Part shown: piece by piece, positions 1-8,863 of the stretch
Position numbering within the stretch: the first letter of the stretch is position 1
How the letters are laid out: each line of letters begins with the position of its first letter
From: an uncultured Oscillospiraceae bacterium
Lineage (GTDB): Bacteria > Bacillota > Clostridia > Saccharofermentanales > UBA5734
DNA length: 64,000 nt
Reading direction: 5' to 3'
Assembly (NCBI GenBank): GCA_964465385.1
Contig: CAYXIM010000001.1
Location: 3,443-67,442, forward strand
Program-made: the position numbers and the translations under genes
The notes under the pieces: model-generated
Databases searched by the model: none
What the model was told of the DNA's origin: nothing
What the model saw: only the letters and a program-made list of their open reading frames with translations

Positions 1-231
1 CGGTAAAGAGACCGACAAGGCCTCGGCAATGGGCTGTGCCGTCCGATCGATGCGGCCGGTTGCCAGCGTGAAACCGATACCCGCCTCTTGCAGACGGGCA
101 ATGGCCTGTCGGTTGTCTTCGGAGAGCTCCCCTTTTTCGTCGATCAGGGTGCCGTCGATGTCACAGACCAGCAGGCGGATGTTCGCCCTGGTGGTCGGGT
201 TACTTTGTCCGGTTTTTTTGGGTTCACTCAT
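1..231 (-). CDS. Cof-type HAD-IIB hydrolase, first 77 codons only (gene continues past the left edge)
   Basis: Absent from the ORF track because there is no stop in the window. My reverse translation from ATG 231 is MSEPKKTGQSNPTTRANIRLLVCDIDGTLIDEKGELSEDNRQAIARLQEAGIGFTLATGRIDRTAQPIAEAL. It has the DxDGT nucleophile motif and the layout of Cof/YidA sugar phosphatases. The start overlaps the stop of the upstream ORF (ATGAGTGA). Confidence 0.75.
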   Translation of the reverse strand, partial: MSEPKKTGQSNPTTRANIRLLVCDIDGTLIDEKGELSEDNRQAIARLQEAGIGFTLATGRIDRTAQPIAEALSVSLP

Positions 232-652
232 ACGGGTCCTTGGTCACATCCTGACTGTCCATGATAAAACGGCTTCTGGGCGTCGCCGTGATGCGGTAGT
301 GTCGTTGCGGCTGAAAATCAAAGGTTCCCGGCCAGTAGTGGTAGCGCTGGTCATTAACCAACAGGGTGCTTTTGCCGATCTGGTCAGCCTCCAAGGTCCA
401 TTCGTCAAGGGCATACGCACGCGTCAACACTGGCACCAGGTCAAACAGACAGGGCAGCATCAAGGTGACGCTGACATAAATAAACGCCGCTGTCACAACA
501 ACCGGCAACAGAAAACCAACCGGATGTCGATTCTTGCGTTTCCAGTTGGTCTGCAAACAGCGCAGGAGGAGTAAAAACAAGCCGACTGACAGCGTCAGGC
601 TGATCAGCAGGCCACCCAGGTAAAAGAACAGATCGCATCCCCCTTTGGTCAA
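224..652 (-). CDS. hypothetical membrane protein (two hydrophobic segments plus a ~75-aa C-terminal domain); start uncertain
   Basis: This is the C-terminal part of ORF 224..1033. The N-terminal 125 codons overlap the better-supported plus-strand gene at 791 and look like a GC artefact. TTG at 652 is the first plausible start before LFFYLGGLLISLTLSVGLFLLLL and GFLLPVVVTAAFIYVSVTLML. The stop overlaps the HAD start by 8 nt, which suggests translational coupling. No family recognised. Confidence 0.35.
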   Translation of the reverse strand: MTKGGCDLFFYLGGLLISLTLSVGLFLLLLRCLQTNWKRKNRHPVGFLLPVVVTAAFIYVSVTLMLPCLFDLVPVLTRAYALDEWTLEADQIGKSTLLVNDQRYHYWPGTFDFQPQRHYRITATPRSRFIMDSQDVTKDPYE

Positions 653-790
653 TTGGCCAAAACAAGGGCCAAGACTTGTGTAAGAGGCAGAATGTAGCCG
701 GCAATCCTCGACCTTTGCCTTGCAGTAGTGTACAATAAACCATTGAAAAACGCAAAGAAAAGCCGCCACCGCAGCCCAAAGGAGCGCCCT

Positions 791-1039
791 ATGACGACCG
801 AACAAGATATGGCCAGAGAATTTGCTCAATTGATGTCTACCTGCAAAGGAAACATCTTTTTTGTGACGGAAGAAGGCGATCGCCTGGTCGCCGACAGCAT
901 GCTGTCGGCCCTGGTTGGCCTGGCCAACCTGCTGCGGTTTGCGCGTGAAATCAACATGCACGTGGAATGCGATTATCCCGAAGACTGTGAACGGATCCTG
1001 GCCTTTATCCGAAAACATAACCTCAACGAACACCTCTAG
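791..1039 (+). CDS. hypothetical small cytoplasmic protein (82 aa)
   Basis: Internal ATG of ORF 728..1039, preceded by AAAGGAG (778-784) at 6 nt. It is followed by an intrinsic terminator. Sequence: MTTEQDMAREFAQLMSTCKGNIFFVTEEGDRLVADSMLSALVGL... No family recognised with confidence. Confidence 0.55.
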   Translation: MTTEQDMAREFAQLMSTCKGNIFFVTEEGDRLVADSMLSALVGLANLLRFAREINMHVECDYPEDCERILAFIRKHNLNEHL

Positions 1040-1060
1040 GCGCCAGCGGGCCCTATTCCA

Positions 1061-1086
1061 GAACGACTGAGAGGGTCGTTTTTTTG
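1061..1086 (+). terminator. intrinsic terminator after the 82-aa gene
   Basis: GAACGAC-tgagagg-GTCGTT stem-loop followed by TTTTTT, 22 nt after the TAG at 1037-1039. Confidence 0.6.
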
Positions 1087-1098
1087 TATCTGATGGCC

Positions 1099-1929
1099 TC
1101 AGCCATTTGTGGCAAGCAAGCGGGCCAACACCCCGATGTCATCCACGATCAAGTCCGGCTTAAAAGGCGCGCGTTTATCCCCCCTTTTGCTTTCACCCGA
1201 TAAGACCAGCACAGAGAACAGGCCGGCTGCCTGGGCCATGGCCATATCAGTGTAGAGACGGTCCCCCACCATGGCCAGTTCCTCCCGCTTAAAAATCCCT
1301 TCAGCCAGCAACTGGTCCACCAGGTCGGTTTGAGGCTTGCCCACGATCCGGGCCGGGGCCACACCGGAACAGGCTTTCAGACAGGCAACCAGGGCGCCGC
1401 AATCGGGCAACACACGCTGATCGGGCATGGGGCAGACCAGGTCTGGATGGGTTGCCAGATAGGGAACGCCGCTGCGGATGTAGTTGCAGGCAGTGGTCAG
1501 TTTTTCGTAAGTCAAACTGGTGTCAAAGGCCACCACGACCCAGTCGATGGCTTGATCGGCCTGGTGGGTGATCTGGATGCCTGCGTCACGCAGTTCCGCT
1601 TCAAAGGCAGGTGTTCCCAAGGCAAAGACGCGGGCGGGGCGGTTCATTTGCTGGTTGATGTAGGCAACCAGGACATCCGTTGAAACCCTGATCTGATCCG
1701 GACGCACCGGCAGCCCCAGCCGCTGCATGCGTCGGCCGTAATAGGCCTTGTCCCGGGAGGAGTTGTTGGTCATCAGATAAAAGGCATCTCCCCGCGCCGT
1801 CAGGCTGTCAAAAAAGGCCGCAGTTCCCGGCAGAAGGCTTTCACCCAGGGTGATGGTCCCATCCATGTCCAACAGCCAGCAGCGGACTGCCTTGATGCGT
1901 TGGCGCACTGTAGCGGCTGTCATGGTCAT
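1099..1929 (-). CDS. HAD-IIA family hydrolase (NagD/YutF-like sugar phosphatase)
   Basis: ORF 276 aa. Motifs: LLDMDGTI nucleophile motif, MTNNSS, GKP...VGDRLYTD. The ATG overlaps the ligA stop (ATGA). Confidence 0.85.
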   Translation of the reverse strand: MTMTAATVRQRIKAVRCWLLDMDGTITLGESLLPGTAAFFDSLTARGDAFYLMTNNSSRDKAYYGRRMQRLGLPVRPDQIRVSTDVLVAYINQQMNRPARVFALGTPAFEAELRDAGIQITHQADQAIDWVVVAFDTSLTYEKLTTACNYIRSGVPYLATHPDLVCPMPDQRVLPDCGALVACLKACSGVAPARIVGKPQTDLVDQLLAEGIFKREELAMVGDRLYTDMAMAQAAGLFSVLVLSGESKRGDKRAPFKPDLIVDDIGVLARLLATNG

Positions 1930-3986
1930 GGCAGTGGTGTCTCCCCATCCAACAGGCGGCGAAGGCCTGCCTCATCAACAACCACAAGTGCACGCTGCCG
2001 GGCCTGTTCAAGCTTTCTTCCCGCTCCTTCACCTGCAACCACCACATGGGTGCTGGCCGTCACGGCATCGGCAACCCGGCCTCCGGCTTGTTCGATTTGT
2101 TTTTTGGCTTCTGAACGGGTCCAGTTGGGCAGCCTGCCTGTCAAGACAAAGACCTGGCCGGCCAGCAGCTGTTCCTGAGCCCCCTTCTGGGGCTGCGGGG
2201 GCTGAACCCCGGCCGCTTGCAGGTCAATGAGCAGGCGGCGGTTGCGGTCCTGGCTGAAAAAACGAACCACTTCTTCAGCGGTGACCGGCCCGATGTCAGG
2301 CAGGGCCAGCAGGGCCTGCTCGTCAGCTGCGGCCAAATCCTCCAGGCGTTTGAAGTGTTGGGCCAGGATGCGGGCCACCTGGCGGCCCACATGGCGAATG
2401 CCAAGCCCTGTGATCAGGCGGTCCAAAGACTGGGTTCGAGAGGCATCAATGGCAGCCAGCAGCTTGTCAACTGTTTTTTCCTTGCCGATCAAGCCGCTTT
2501 CGATCAGCTGGTCCCGCTTGTCCGCCAGCAGGTACAGGTCTGACAGGTGTGCCAGGTAACCGGCCCCCAGCAGCTGTTCAACGGTGGCCGGACCCAGCCC
2601 GTCAATGGACAGGGCTTCTTTTGAAGCAAAGTGCTGCAGGCGCCTGGCAAGTTGGGCCGGACAATCCGCGTTGATGCAGCGCACATCAGCCCCGTCCGGA
2701 TCACGGCGGGTGGGTTCCCCGCAGGCCGGGCAGTGCGTCGGCAGCACAAACCGGGGCGGGTCACCGCTTCTGGCCTCATGGACCACCCGCAGGACAGCAG
2801 GGATGATGTCGCCGGCTTTTTGAATGACCACCCGGTCACCGACACGCACATCCAGCGCATCAATGACATCTTGGTTGTGCAAGGTGGCCCGGCTGACCTG
2901 TGTGCCGGCAATCTGGACCGGTTGCAGGAGAGCCATGGGTGTCAGGCGGCCGGTCCGACCAACCTGGACACGGATGTCCAAAACAGTGGTCTCTTGCTGC
3001 TCGGGCGGATATTTGTAAGCAACCGCCCAGCGCGGTGCCTGACTGGTCTCACCCAGCCGATCCCGGTCAGCCAGGCGATCGAGCTTGATGACGGCACCAT
3101 CAATGGCATAAGGCAGGTCAAAACGGGCGGAGCCGATGCTTTCAACGGCCTGCCAGACCGCCTCTTCTGTTGAGCAAAGGCGAAAGCCGGGGCTGGCGAC
3201 AAACCCTTGCTCCGCCAGCCAGTTAAGTGCCTGGGCATGGGACGACAGGGTTTTGCCGGCAATGTCCTGGATGTTGAAGACAAACAAAGACAGCTGCCGG
3301 TCAGCCACCACCGTTGGGTCCAATTGCCGCAAGGTGCCGGCAGCACAGTTTCGCGGGTTGGCGAAGCGCTTTTCTCCCAGCAGGTCTTGTTTGCGATTGA
3401 CCGCATCAAAAGCCGACCAGGTTAGGAAAACCTCGCCCCTCACCTCCAGGTAGGGAAGCGGCTGCCTCAACCGACGGGGAAGCGATGCGATCATACGGGC
3501 GTTGGCGGTGACATCTTCTCCAGTGTGGCCATCGCCGCGTGTCAGGGCCTGGACAAAGCGGCCCCCCTCATAGCGCAAGGAAACTGACAGGCCATCAATT
3601 TTGCGCTCCACCACAAAAGACGGGTCGTCGGTGTCCCCTTGTATCTTGCGGACAAAGGACCGGACCTCCTCTTGGGAAAAAACATCCTGTAGGCTGAGCA
3701 TGGGCACACGGTGGGACACTTTTTCAAAGCTGGCACTGACCAGCCCGCCCACCCGCATGGTGGGTGAATCCTGTGTCTGCAGCTGTGGCCAGGTTTCTTC
3801 AAGGGCCTTGAGCTCCTGCAACAGGGCATCGTAAGCCTCATCGCTGATGTCATTGCGGTTGAGATCGTAATACAGGTGGTTGTGGTGTGTGATTTGCGCC
3901 CTCAGCGTTGCCACACGATCCAGAACGTGTTGGGGTATTGCCTGCTCAGCCACCGTGCCAGCTCCTTCCCGCTTCCGGCTCTCCAC
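1926..3986 (-). CDS. ligA: NAD-dependent DNA ligase
   Basis: 686 aa. Contains the KIDGLS adenylation motif, an OB fold, a Cys4 zinc finger (CPACGEP...CINADCP), HhH repeats and a C-terminal BRCT (FVLTGRL). Confidence 0.97.
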   Translation of the reverse strand: MESRKREGAGTVAEQAIPQHVLDRVATLRAQITHHNHLYYDLNRNDISDEAYDALLQELKALEETWPQLQTQDSPTMRVGGLVSASFEKVSHRVPMLSLQDVFSQEEVRSFVRKIQGDTDDPSFVVERKIDGLSVSLRYEGGRFVQALTRGDGHTGEDVTANARMIASLPRRLRQPLPYLEVRGEVFLTWSAFDAVNRKQDLLGEKRFANPRNCAAGTLRQLDPTVVADRQLSLFVFNIQDIAGKTLSSHAQALNWLAEQGFVASPGFRLCSTEEAVWQAVESIGSARFDLPYAIDGAVIKLDRLADRDRLGETSQAPRWAVAYKYPPEQQETTVLDIRVQVGRTGRLTPMALLQPVQIAGTQVSRATLHNQDVIDALDVRVGDRVVIQKAGDIIPAVLRVVHEARSGDPPRFVLPTHCPACGEPTRRDPDGADVRCINADCPAQLARRLQHFASKEALSIDGLGPATVEQLLGAGYLAHLSDLYLLADKRDQLIESGLIGKEKTVDKLLAAIDASRTQSLDRLITGLGIRHVGRQVARILAQHFKRLEDLAAADEQALLALPDIGPVTAEEVVRFFSQDRNRRLLIDLQAAGVQPPQPQKGAQEQLLAGQVFVLTGRLPNWTRSEAKKQIEQAGGRVADAVTASTHVVVAGEGAGRKLEQARQRALVVVDEAGLRRLLDGETPLP

Positions 3987-3992
3987 AGCCGG

Positions 3993-4622
3993 TCAGCCTT
4001 TGCTTCGTCCGCCCGCCAGAAAAACAAGCGGCAGGACACAGGCCAGAAGCGCAACGACCAACCAGACGGCGGCGGGTAAGCGCCAGAAACCGGCCAACTG
4101 ATCCACCAAGGATGTCCTGGGCAGGGCTAGAAAACGATAGGCTGCGCCCTTGTCAAGCGACAGCAGGCGCAGCAGCGGTGATAAAACACCTTCCCGGAAA
4201 ACCCAGACGGCCAGAGACAGGCTATAGGCATCGGACAGCCACAGGGCTGGGCTTTTGGCTCGAATAATCAGGAAAAACAAGGCCAGGGCCAGGCCGATGG
4301 CAATGGCCAGCGAAACCGGATAAATCTGCCCGGTTCGGATGCACAGCCACAGATGGTGAACCAGGGTGGCCAAGGCACACACGCCAGCAATGTAGAGCTG
4401 GTTGCGCCGGCGGCCCAGGGCCAGCAGCAAGCAAAGAAGCCCGGCCATCAGTGCATAAATCACAAGTGCCTGCCAGCTTTTGTGGCCTGTTATCCAGCCG
4501 GCCACCAACCCTGTGCCGTCTCGAACCAGTTCCGCGAAAGCCCGGAAGGGTCCGGAAACCACGGTCGACCAAACGGCCAGCAAAAGGCCGCACACAATCC
4601 AGGCACGGTTTTGACTTTTCAT
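3993..4622 (-). CDS. hypothetical polytopic membrane protein
   Basis: ORF 3993..4667. I prefer ATG 4622 (MKSQNRAWIVCGLLLAVW...) because GGAAGAGGTG lies just upstream. It has 5-6 hydrophobic segments, and its stop lies 6 nt upstream of the ligA start. No family recognised. Confidence 0.6.
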   Translation of the reverse strand: MKSQNRAWIVCGLLLAVWSTVVSGPFRAFAELVRDGTGLVAGWITGHKSWQALVIYALMAGLLCLLLALGRRRNQLYIAGVCALATLVHHLWLCIRTGQIYPVSLAIAIGLALALFFLIIRAKSPALWLSDAYSLSLAVWVFREGVLSPLLRLLSLDKGAAYRFLALPRTSLVDQLAGFWRLPAAVWLVVALLACVLPLVFLAGGRSKG

Positions 4623-4715
4623 GAACACCTCTTCCCGCTTTAGCGCAACCGCTGTTTTGATAACCAAAGCCCAGGTCAGCAGGGCGGTGCTTTGGTCGGT
4701 TCATCAGCCACACCT

Positions 4716-4745
4716 ATTTTAACTGATCGTTTTGACAAAAGACAA
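4716..4745 (-). promoter_or_regulatory. candidate sigma-A promoter for the membrane-protein/ligA/HAD operon
   Basis: Minus strand reads TTGTCT - 18 nt - TAAAAT, about 90 nt upstream of ATG 4622. Confidence 0.4.
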
Positions 4746-4770
4746 GGTGGCTTGCCGGCGGCCCCGTGTT

Positions 4771-4805
4771 AAAAAGGCGCAGCATGCCCAGTGGGCATGT
4801 TGCGC
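4771..4805 (-). terminator. intrinsic terminator of the sugar ABC operon
   Basis: Minus strand reads GCGCAACATGCCCA-c-TGGGCATGCTGCGC (14-bp stem, one G:U) followed by CTTTTT, 60 nt after the permease stop at 4866. Confidence 0.65.
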
Positions 4806-4865
4806 GGCCGGAGACAAGGGGCTTGCTCCTTTAAAAAACCCATGGGTCTGCCAAAACAGAAGTGT

Positions 4866-5708
4866 TTATCCCTTGATGCTGCCTGCTGTCAAGCCTTCTG
4901 TCAGGTTTCTCTGGAAAATGATGTATACCGTTAAAACCGGTAAAATCACCATGATACAGGCTGCAAAGAGCGCCCCCCACTCTTGTTTGACCGTTTGAGC
5001 GACTTGCAGCTGCAAGATGGCCAGAGAAACTGTTTTCTTGTTCTCGGCCACGATCAGAGTCAAGGGCAGAATGTACTCGTTCCAGAAGTCGAGAAAACTG
5101 AAAACACCGACCGTGATCAGGCCCGGCTTGGCCAGGGGCAAGATGATCTTCAAAAACGTGGTCAGGTAGCCAGCGCCATCAATCTGTGCCGACTGCTCCA
5201 GCTCTGAAGGCAGGGTTTTGAAAAAGGCCGTGAGCACAAACACCCCGAAGGGCAGTGAAAAGACAGCGTAGGCAATGATCAGGATGGTTCTGGTGTTGTA
5301 AAGGCCGACGGTCCGTGCCAGCATGAAAAGGGGCAGGACGGCAATGATGTGTGGCACCAGCAGGCCAACCAGAAAATACTGGTAGATCTTCTTGCTGTGC
5401 TTGAGGGCCATGCGGGTGATGATGTAGGAGATCATCGAAGCCATCAGCAAATTGGCAAAGACAGCCACTGAAACGATAAACACCGTGTTCAAGGTATGGG
5501 CATGCAGCTGTGTTTTTTCAAGCGCCAGAGCATAGTTGGAAAATTCAAGTTTGGACGGCAGGCTCCAGATATCCGCATAAAACTCTGCTGAGGTCTTGAA
5601 GCTGTTCATCAAGATGTAGAAAAAGGGAACGATGATCACAACTGAAAGCAAGCCCAGGACAATTCTGAGCAGTGTTTTGATGAAAATTGAATAACCTAAA
5701 CGGTTCAT
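4866..5708 (-). CDS. carbohydrate ABC transporter permease (MalG/UgpE type)
   Basis: ORF 4866..5738. I prefer ATG 5708 (MNRLGYSIFIKTLL), preceded by AAGAGGTAG. Six TM segments and the EAA-loop region (ELEQSAQIDGAGYLTTFLKIILPLAKPG). Confidence 0.9.
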   Translation of the reverse strand: MNRLGYSIFIKTLLRIVLGLLSVVIIVPFFYILMNSFKTSAEFYADIWSLPSKLEFSNYALALEKTQLHAHTLNTVFIVSVAVFANLLMASMISYIITRMALKHSKKIYQYFLVGLLVPHIIAVLPLFMLARTVGLYNTRTILIIAYAVFSLPFGVFVLTAFFKTLPSELEQSAQIDGAGYLTTFLKIILPLAKPGLITVGVFSFLDFWNEYILPLTLIVAENKKTVSLAILQLQVAQTVKQEWGALFAACIMVILPVLTVYIIFQRNLTEGLTAGSIKG

Positions 5709-5806
5709 GGTTGCTACCTCTTTCACATAGAAGGTCATTCGTTAAGCCGGTTCACCGCAGCTTGGGGCCCCTGGGGCAGCGGCGGGGTCAGCAGACGGCT
5801 GACGGC

Positions 5807-6811
5807 CTAATATTCGTACACTTCGCGTTCCGTCACTTTCAGGATCACCAGGGCCAGCACCATGGTCACCACCAGAATCGAAACACTGATTGTGGCACCG
5901 TAACCATATTTGTTCAGCTTGAAGGCCTGCTGATACATATAAGTGGTCAACAGCTCGGAGGCCCTGTCGGGTCCGCCCTCCGTCATGATGTAGACCACCT
6001 GAAAGCCGACTCCGCAGGAGGTGATGATGAAAAAGACCAGGGAGGTCCGAATCACTTCCCAGATCAGCGGGATGGTGATGCTGAAGGTCTGACGTATTTC
6101 ACTGGCACCATCCAGGCGGGCAGCTTCAAACAAGGAAGTCGGGATGTTCATGACCGCTGCCATAAAGAGGACCATGTAAAAACCCAGCGCCTGCCAGATA
6201 ATAACCGCAATGACTGCGTTTTTAACCAGCGTGATGTCGCCCAGCCAAATTTTCCCCGGGATGCCAACCAATTCCAGCAGGCCATTGAGGATGCCAATGC
6301 TGGGGTTGTACACACTGCGCCACATGACACTGATGATGACCATGGGAACAGCTGAAGGAAAAAAGTACAGGACCCGGTAGAAGTTTCTTTCCCGCAAGAC
6401 GTTGCGTGACAGCAGGACGGCCAGGAAAATTGACAAGACAAAAAGAATGGCCGTGTTAAAGACAAAGACATACATGTGGTTGCCCAATGCCTTGAAGAAA
6501 ATATCATCACGGAACATCCTGCTGTAGTTTTCCAGACCCACAAAATTCATTTTGAGAGACAGGCCTTTAAAATCAAAAAAGCTCATAAACAGGCCAAGAA
6601 AGCTGGGGACAATCAGGAAAACGGTGTACATGACCAGAGGCGGGATGGTGAAGCCTGCAACGAAGAGTTTCTTCTGTTTTGCAGCACTTTGCTGTGTCGC
6701 TAGATGCTTTTTGATGGGAATCTCCTCCTCATGCGATGGTTTGGATCCGCCAGCACGGGCTGGCGGCCAAACAGCTTGTTTTAAGAAGACTCTGCCACAA
6801 AAAGCCAGCAT
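5807..6811 (-). CDS. carbohydrate ABC transporter permease (MalF/UgpA type); start uncertain
   Basis: ORF 334 aa. EAA loop: LFEAARLDGASEIRQTFSITIPL. ATG 6811 is the only in-frame ATG/GTG/TTG ahead of TM1. It lies in the loop of a strong hairpin, and an ATC at 6715 has a much better SD (see findings). Confidence 0.85.
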   Translation of the reverse strand: MLAFCGRVFLKQAVWPPARAGGSKPSHEEEIPIKKHLATQQSAAKQKKLFVAGFTIPPLVMYTVFLIVPSFLGLFMSFFDFKGLSLKMNFVGLENYSRMFRDDIFFKALGNHMYVFVFNTAILFVLSIFLAVLLSRNVLRERNFYRVLYFFPSAVPMVIISVMWRSVYNPSIGILNGLLELVGIPGKIWLGDITLVKNAVIAVIIWQALGFYMVLFMAAVMNIPTSLFEAARLDGASEIRQTFSITIPLIWEVIRTSLVFFIITSCGVGFQVVYIMTEGGPDRASELLTTYMYQQAFKLNKYGYGATISVSILVVTMVLALVILKVTEREVYEY

Positions 6812-6832
6812 ACGACTCTTTGTGGCAGAGTC
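6788..6832 (-). promoter_or_regulatory. intercistronic stem-loop between the binding-protein and permease genes
   Basis: GACTCTGCCACAAA (6788-6801) is the perfect reverse complement of TTTGTGGCAGAGTC (6819-6832), giving a 14-bp stem and 17-nt loop. On the mRNA it is followed by TTCTT. This position is typical for the mRNA-stabilising or attenuating hairpins that raise binding-protein output in ABC operons. Confidence 0.6.
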
Positions 6833-6867
6833 AGATACCCTATCGGGAGATCAAGCGGCTGGTTTTT

Positions 6868-8238
6868 TTAGTCAGCCGACATTTCGTATTTGACAACGGA
6901 CGAATCGTCCCTGAGTTCTTTACCGAATTTTTCCATTCTTTCGGCAAACTCGTCTGCGGTGTTGTTGCCTGAAACGAAGGCGCCAATGGCATCCTGGGTC
7001 ATGGTCATGTGTTCGGGATACCAGGCGGTGGCCATTTCGAGCAGGGGTTTGTTACCAGCGGAAATCGCTTCCCAGGTGCCCTGGACGGAGCTGGGCAGCA
7101 GGTCGCCGAACTGTTCGGAGAAGCCTTTGATGGCCAGGCCGTTCAGCGCGCCACCGACGATTGCCCGGGTGGTGTCTTTGTCAGACAGCATATAACGGTA
7201 GTATTCACCAACGATGTCTTCGTTTTGGGTCTTGGCAGAAACACCACTGACAACGGAGGCCAGCAGGGTGTAGTTGGTGTCCGAGCTGCTCTTGACACCG
7301 GAGAAAGGCAGGTAGGTCAGCTCAAAGTCGGCCGGCCAGTTGCCTTCCATTTCTGCTTCCAGCCAGGAGCCGCAGGGGTAGAAAGCGAACTGCCGCTTGA
7401 TGAACTCCATCTGGATCTCGGAGGCGTCCATGCCAGCCGAGCGGTGGTCAAAGTAATCGTTGTCAACCAGGTAAGCCAAGCGATCCATGACTTCTCTGAC
7501 GGCCGGTGCGTTCCAGGCGCCTTCCTTGAGGTTCTGGATGTCGATAAAGGCCTGGTAGTCCAGCGAAGCGATCTGCGGGTAGAAGTAATAGTTGAGGGCA
7601 TATTCACCAGCCCAGCGGCCAGACCAGGACAGACCATAAATGTCGTTTGCCTTGAGGGTGGCACAGGCGGCTACAAATTCATCCCAGGTTGTGGGCGGGG
7701 CAATATCCAGGTCACGGAGCAGTTTGGCATCATACCAGACACCGCTGGTGTAAATGGTGTCGGCCATCAGGTAGTAATGTCCGTCAACCTGGCCTTTTTT
7801 AATGGCGTCAAAATCAATGATCTCTTTGATGGTTTTGGTGCCGTCAACCGTTTTGAGGGGGTAAATGAAATCCAGCGGTTTACAGATGCCTTCGGCAATG
7901 GCGCCGTAATAATCATAAAATCCCTGGTTGAGGTCAAAGATATCGGGTGTTTCATTGGCCATAACCCGGTTTCTCATGATTTCATGGGCGTTATGGTCAT
8001 AAACCACATTGACTTTAAGCCCTGGATAAACCTCTTCCAGTTTGGCAGCAATGGGATCAGCCATCTGACCCTGACCACCAATCATGTACAGGACATCAAT
8101 CGAGCGGCCTTTAAAATCATACTTTCCATCGACTTGTGCCGGATTGGGGTTGTCGGCGTCGCCTGCTTTACCGCAGCCAGCGAGCACGGACACGACCAAT
8201 GCAACAACGAGCAACAGAAGCCCTATTCTTTTTGACAT
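6868..8238 (-). CDS. sugar ABC transporter substrate-binding lipoprotein
   Basis: ORF 6868..8304. I prefer ATG 8238, preceded by AGGAGG. Lipobox signal: MSKRIGLLLLVVALVVSVLAGCGK. Length (~456 aa) and composition fit family-1 extracellular solute-binding proteins. Confidence 0.9.
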   Translation of the reverse strand: MSKRIGLLLLVVALVVSVLAGCGKAGDADNPNPAQVDGKYDFKGRSIDVLYMIGGQGQMADPIAAKLEEVYPGLKVNVVYDHNAHEIMRNRVMANETPDIFDLNQGFYDYYGAIAEGICKPLDFIYPLKTVDGTKTIKEIIDFDAIKKGQVDGHYYLMADTIYTSGVWYDAKLLRDLDIAPPTTWDEFVAACATLKANDIYGLSWSGRWAGEYALNYYFYPQIASLDYQAFIDIQNLKEGAWNAPAVREVMDRLAYLVDNDYFDHRSAGMDASEIQMEFIKRQFAFYPCGSWLEAEMEGNWPADFELTYLPFSGVKSSSDTNYTLLASVVSGVSAKTQNEDIVGEYYRYMLSDKDTTRAIVGGALNGLAIKGFSEQFGDLLPSSVQGTWEAISAGNKPLLEMATAWYPEHMTMTQDAIGAFVSGNNTADEFAERMEKFGKELRDDSSVVKYEMSAD

Positions 8239-8863
8239 GTGCGTAACCTCCTGATTTTTGACAATCGTGTGTTGGGTGTATAAACAGATTTTCAGCTGCG
8301 GCAAATACCTTGTCCTCCATCCTCCTTCCCTGTTCCGGATTTGCCGGCAGCCTGTTCTGGTTCGTCCAGCAAGCCACGGGCTTGCGGGTGCGCGTGATTT
8401 GTTCTGGTTGAACCGGGCGTCTTCCTGAGCCGGACACGGACAGTCTCAATAGCCAGCCGGCGGGTCTTTGCCTCGAGAACTGCGGCAGCTGGCGTGTAAT
8501 CGCCAGGTCAGCCTAAGCGGCCTCTTGACTTTTTCAACCAAAAAGCACTTCCTTTTTCGTTATTTCGCTGAATTTTCGCCCTTTCAACAGAGATTTTATG
8601 TGAACCAATCATATCGCAAACACCCTTAAAAAACAATATGGCGCCGTGAACAGGTAGGTGCCGGCTGGTGCCTCTTGCTGGTTGCAAGGGGCACTTTGGC
8701 ACGGCGGCCATTTTTCAGACTGTCAGGCAATCAGGCCGCTTGTCAAACGCCCTGGCCGGCTGATGAGATGACGGACCGGGTGCTTTTATGTATACTTCCA
8801 ATAAAGCAAGGCGCCTTGCTGCTTTTCAGCACAGCAGCAAAAGCCGCCCAGGAGGATTTTATC

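Noticed and set aside
29-779. Track ORFs 29..574 (plus) and 441..779 (minus) at the left edge.
   Set aside because: They overlap the HAD hydrolase N-terminus (clear DxDGT motif on the minus strand) and the 2-TM protein frame. Their composition is Arg/Ser/Cys-rich with no motifs and no SD.
8250-8270. A possible catabolite-responsive element (cre) overlapping the binding-protein gene leader (TTGACAATCGTGTGTTG).
   Set aside because: Alignment to the TGWAANCGNTNWCA consensus on either strand gives too many mismatches around the central CG.
8353-8409. A 10-nt direct repeat, TGTTCTGGTT, at 8353 and 8400 upstream of the ABC operon, considered as a possible operator pair.
   Set aside because: One exact 10-mer repeat within a ~600-bp region is not far from chance expectation. 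The spacing is not helically phased in an obvious way, and there is no regulator gene nearby to assign to it.
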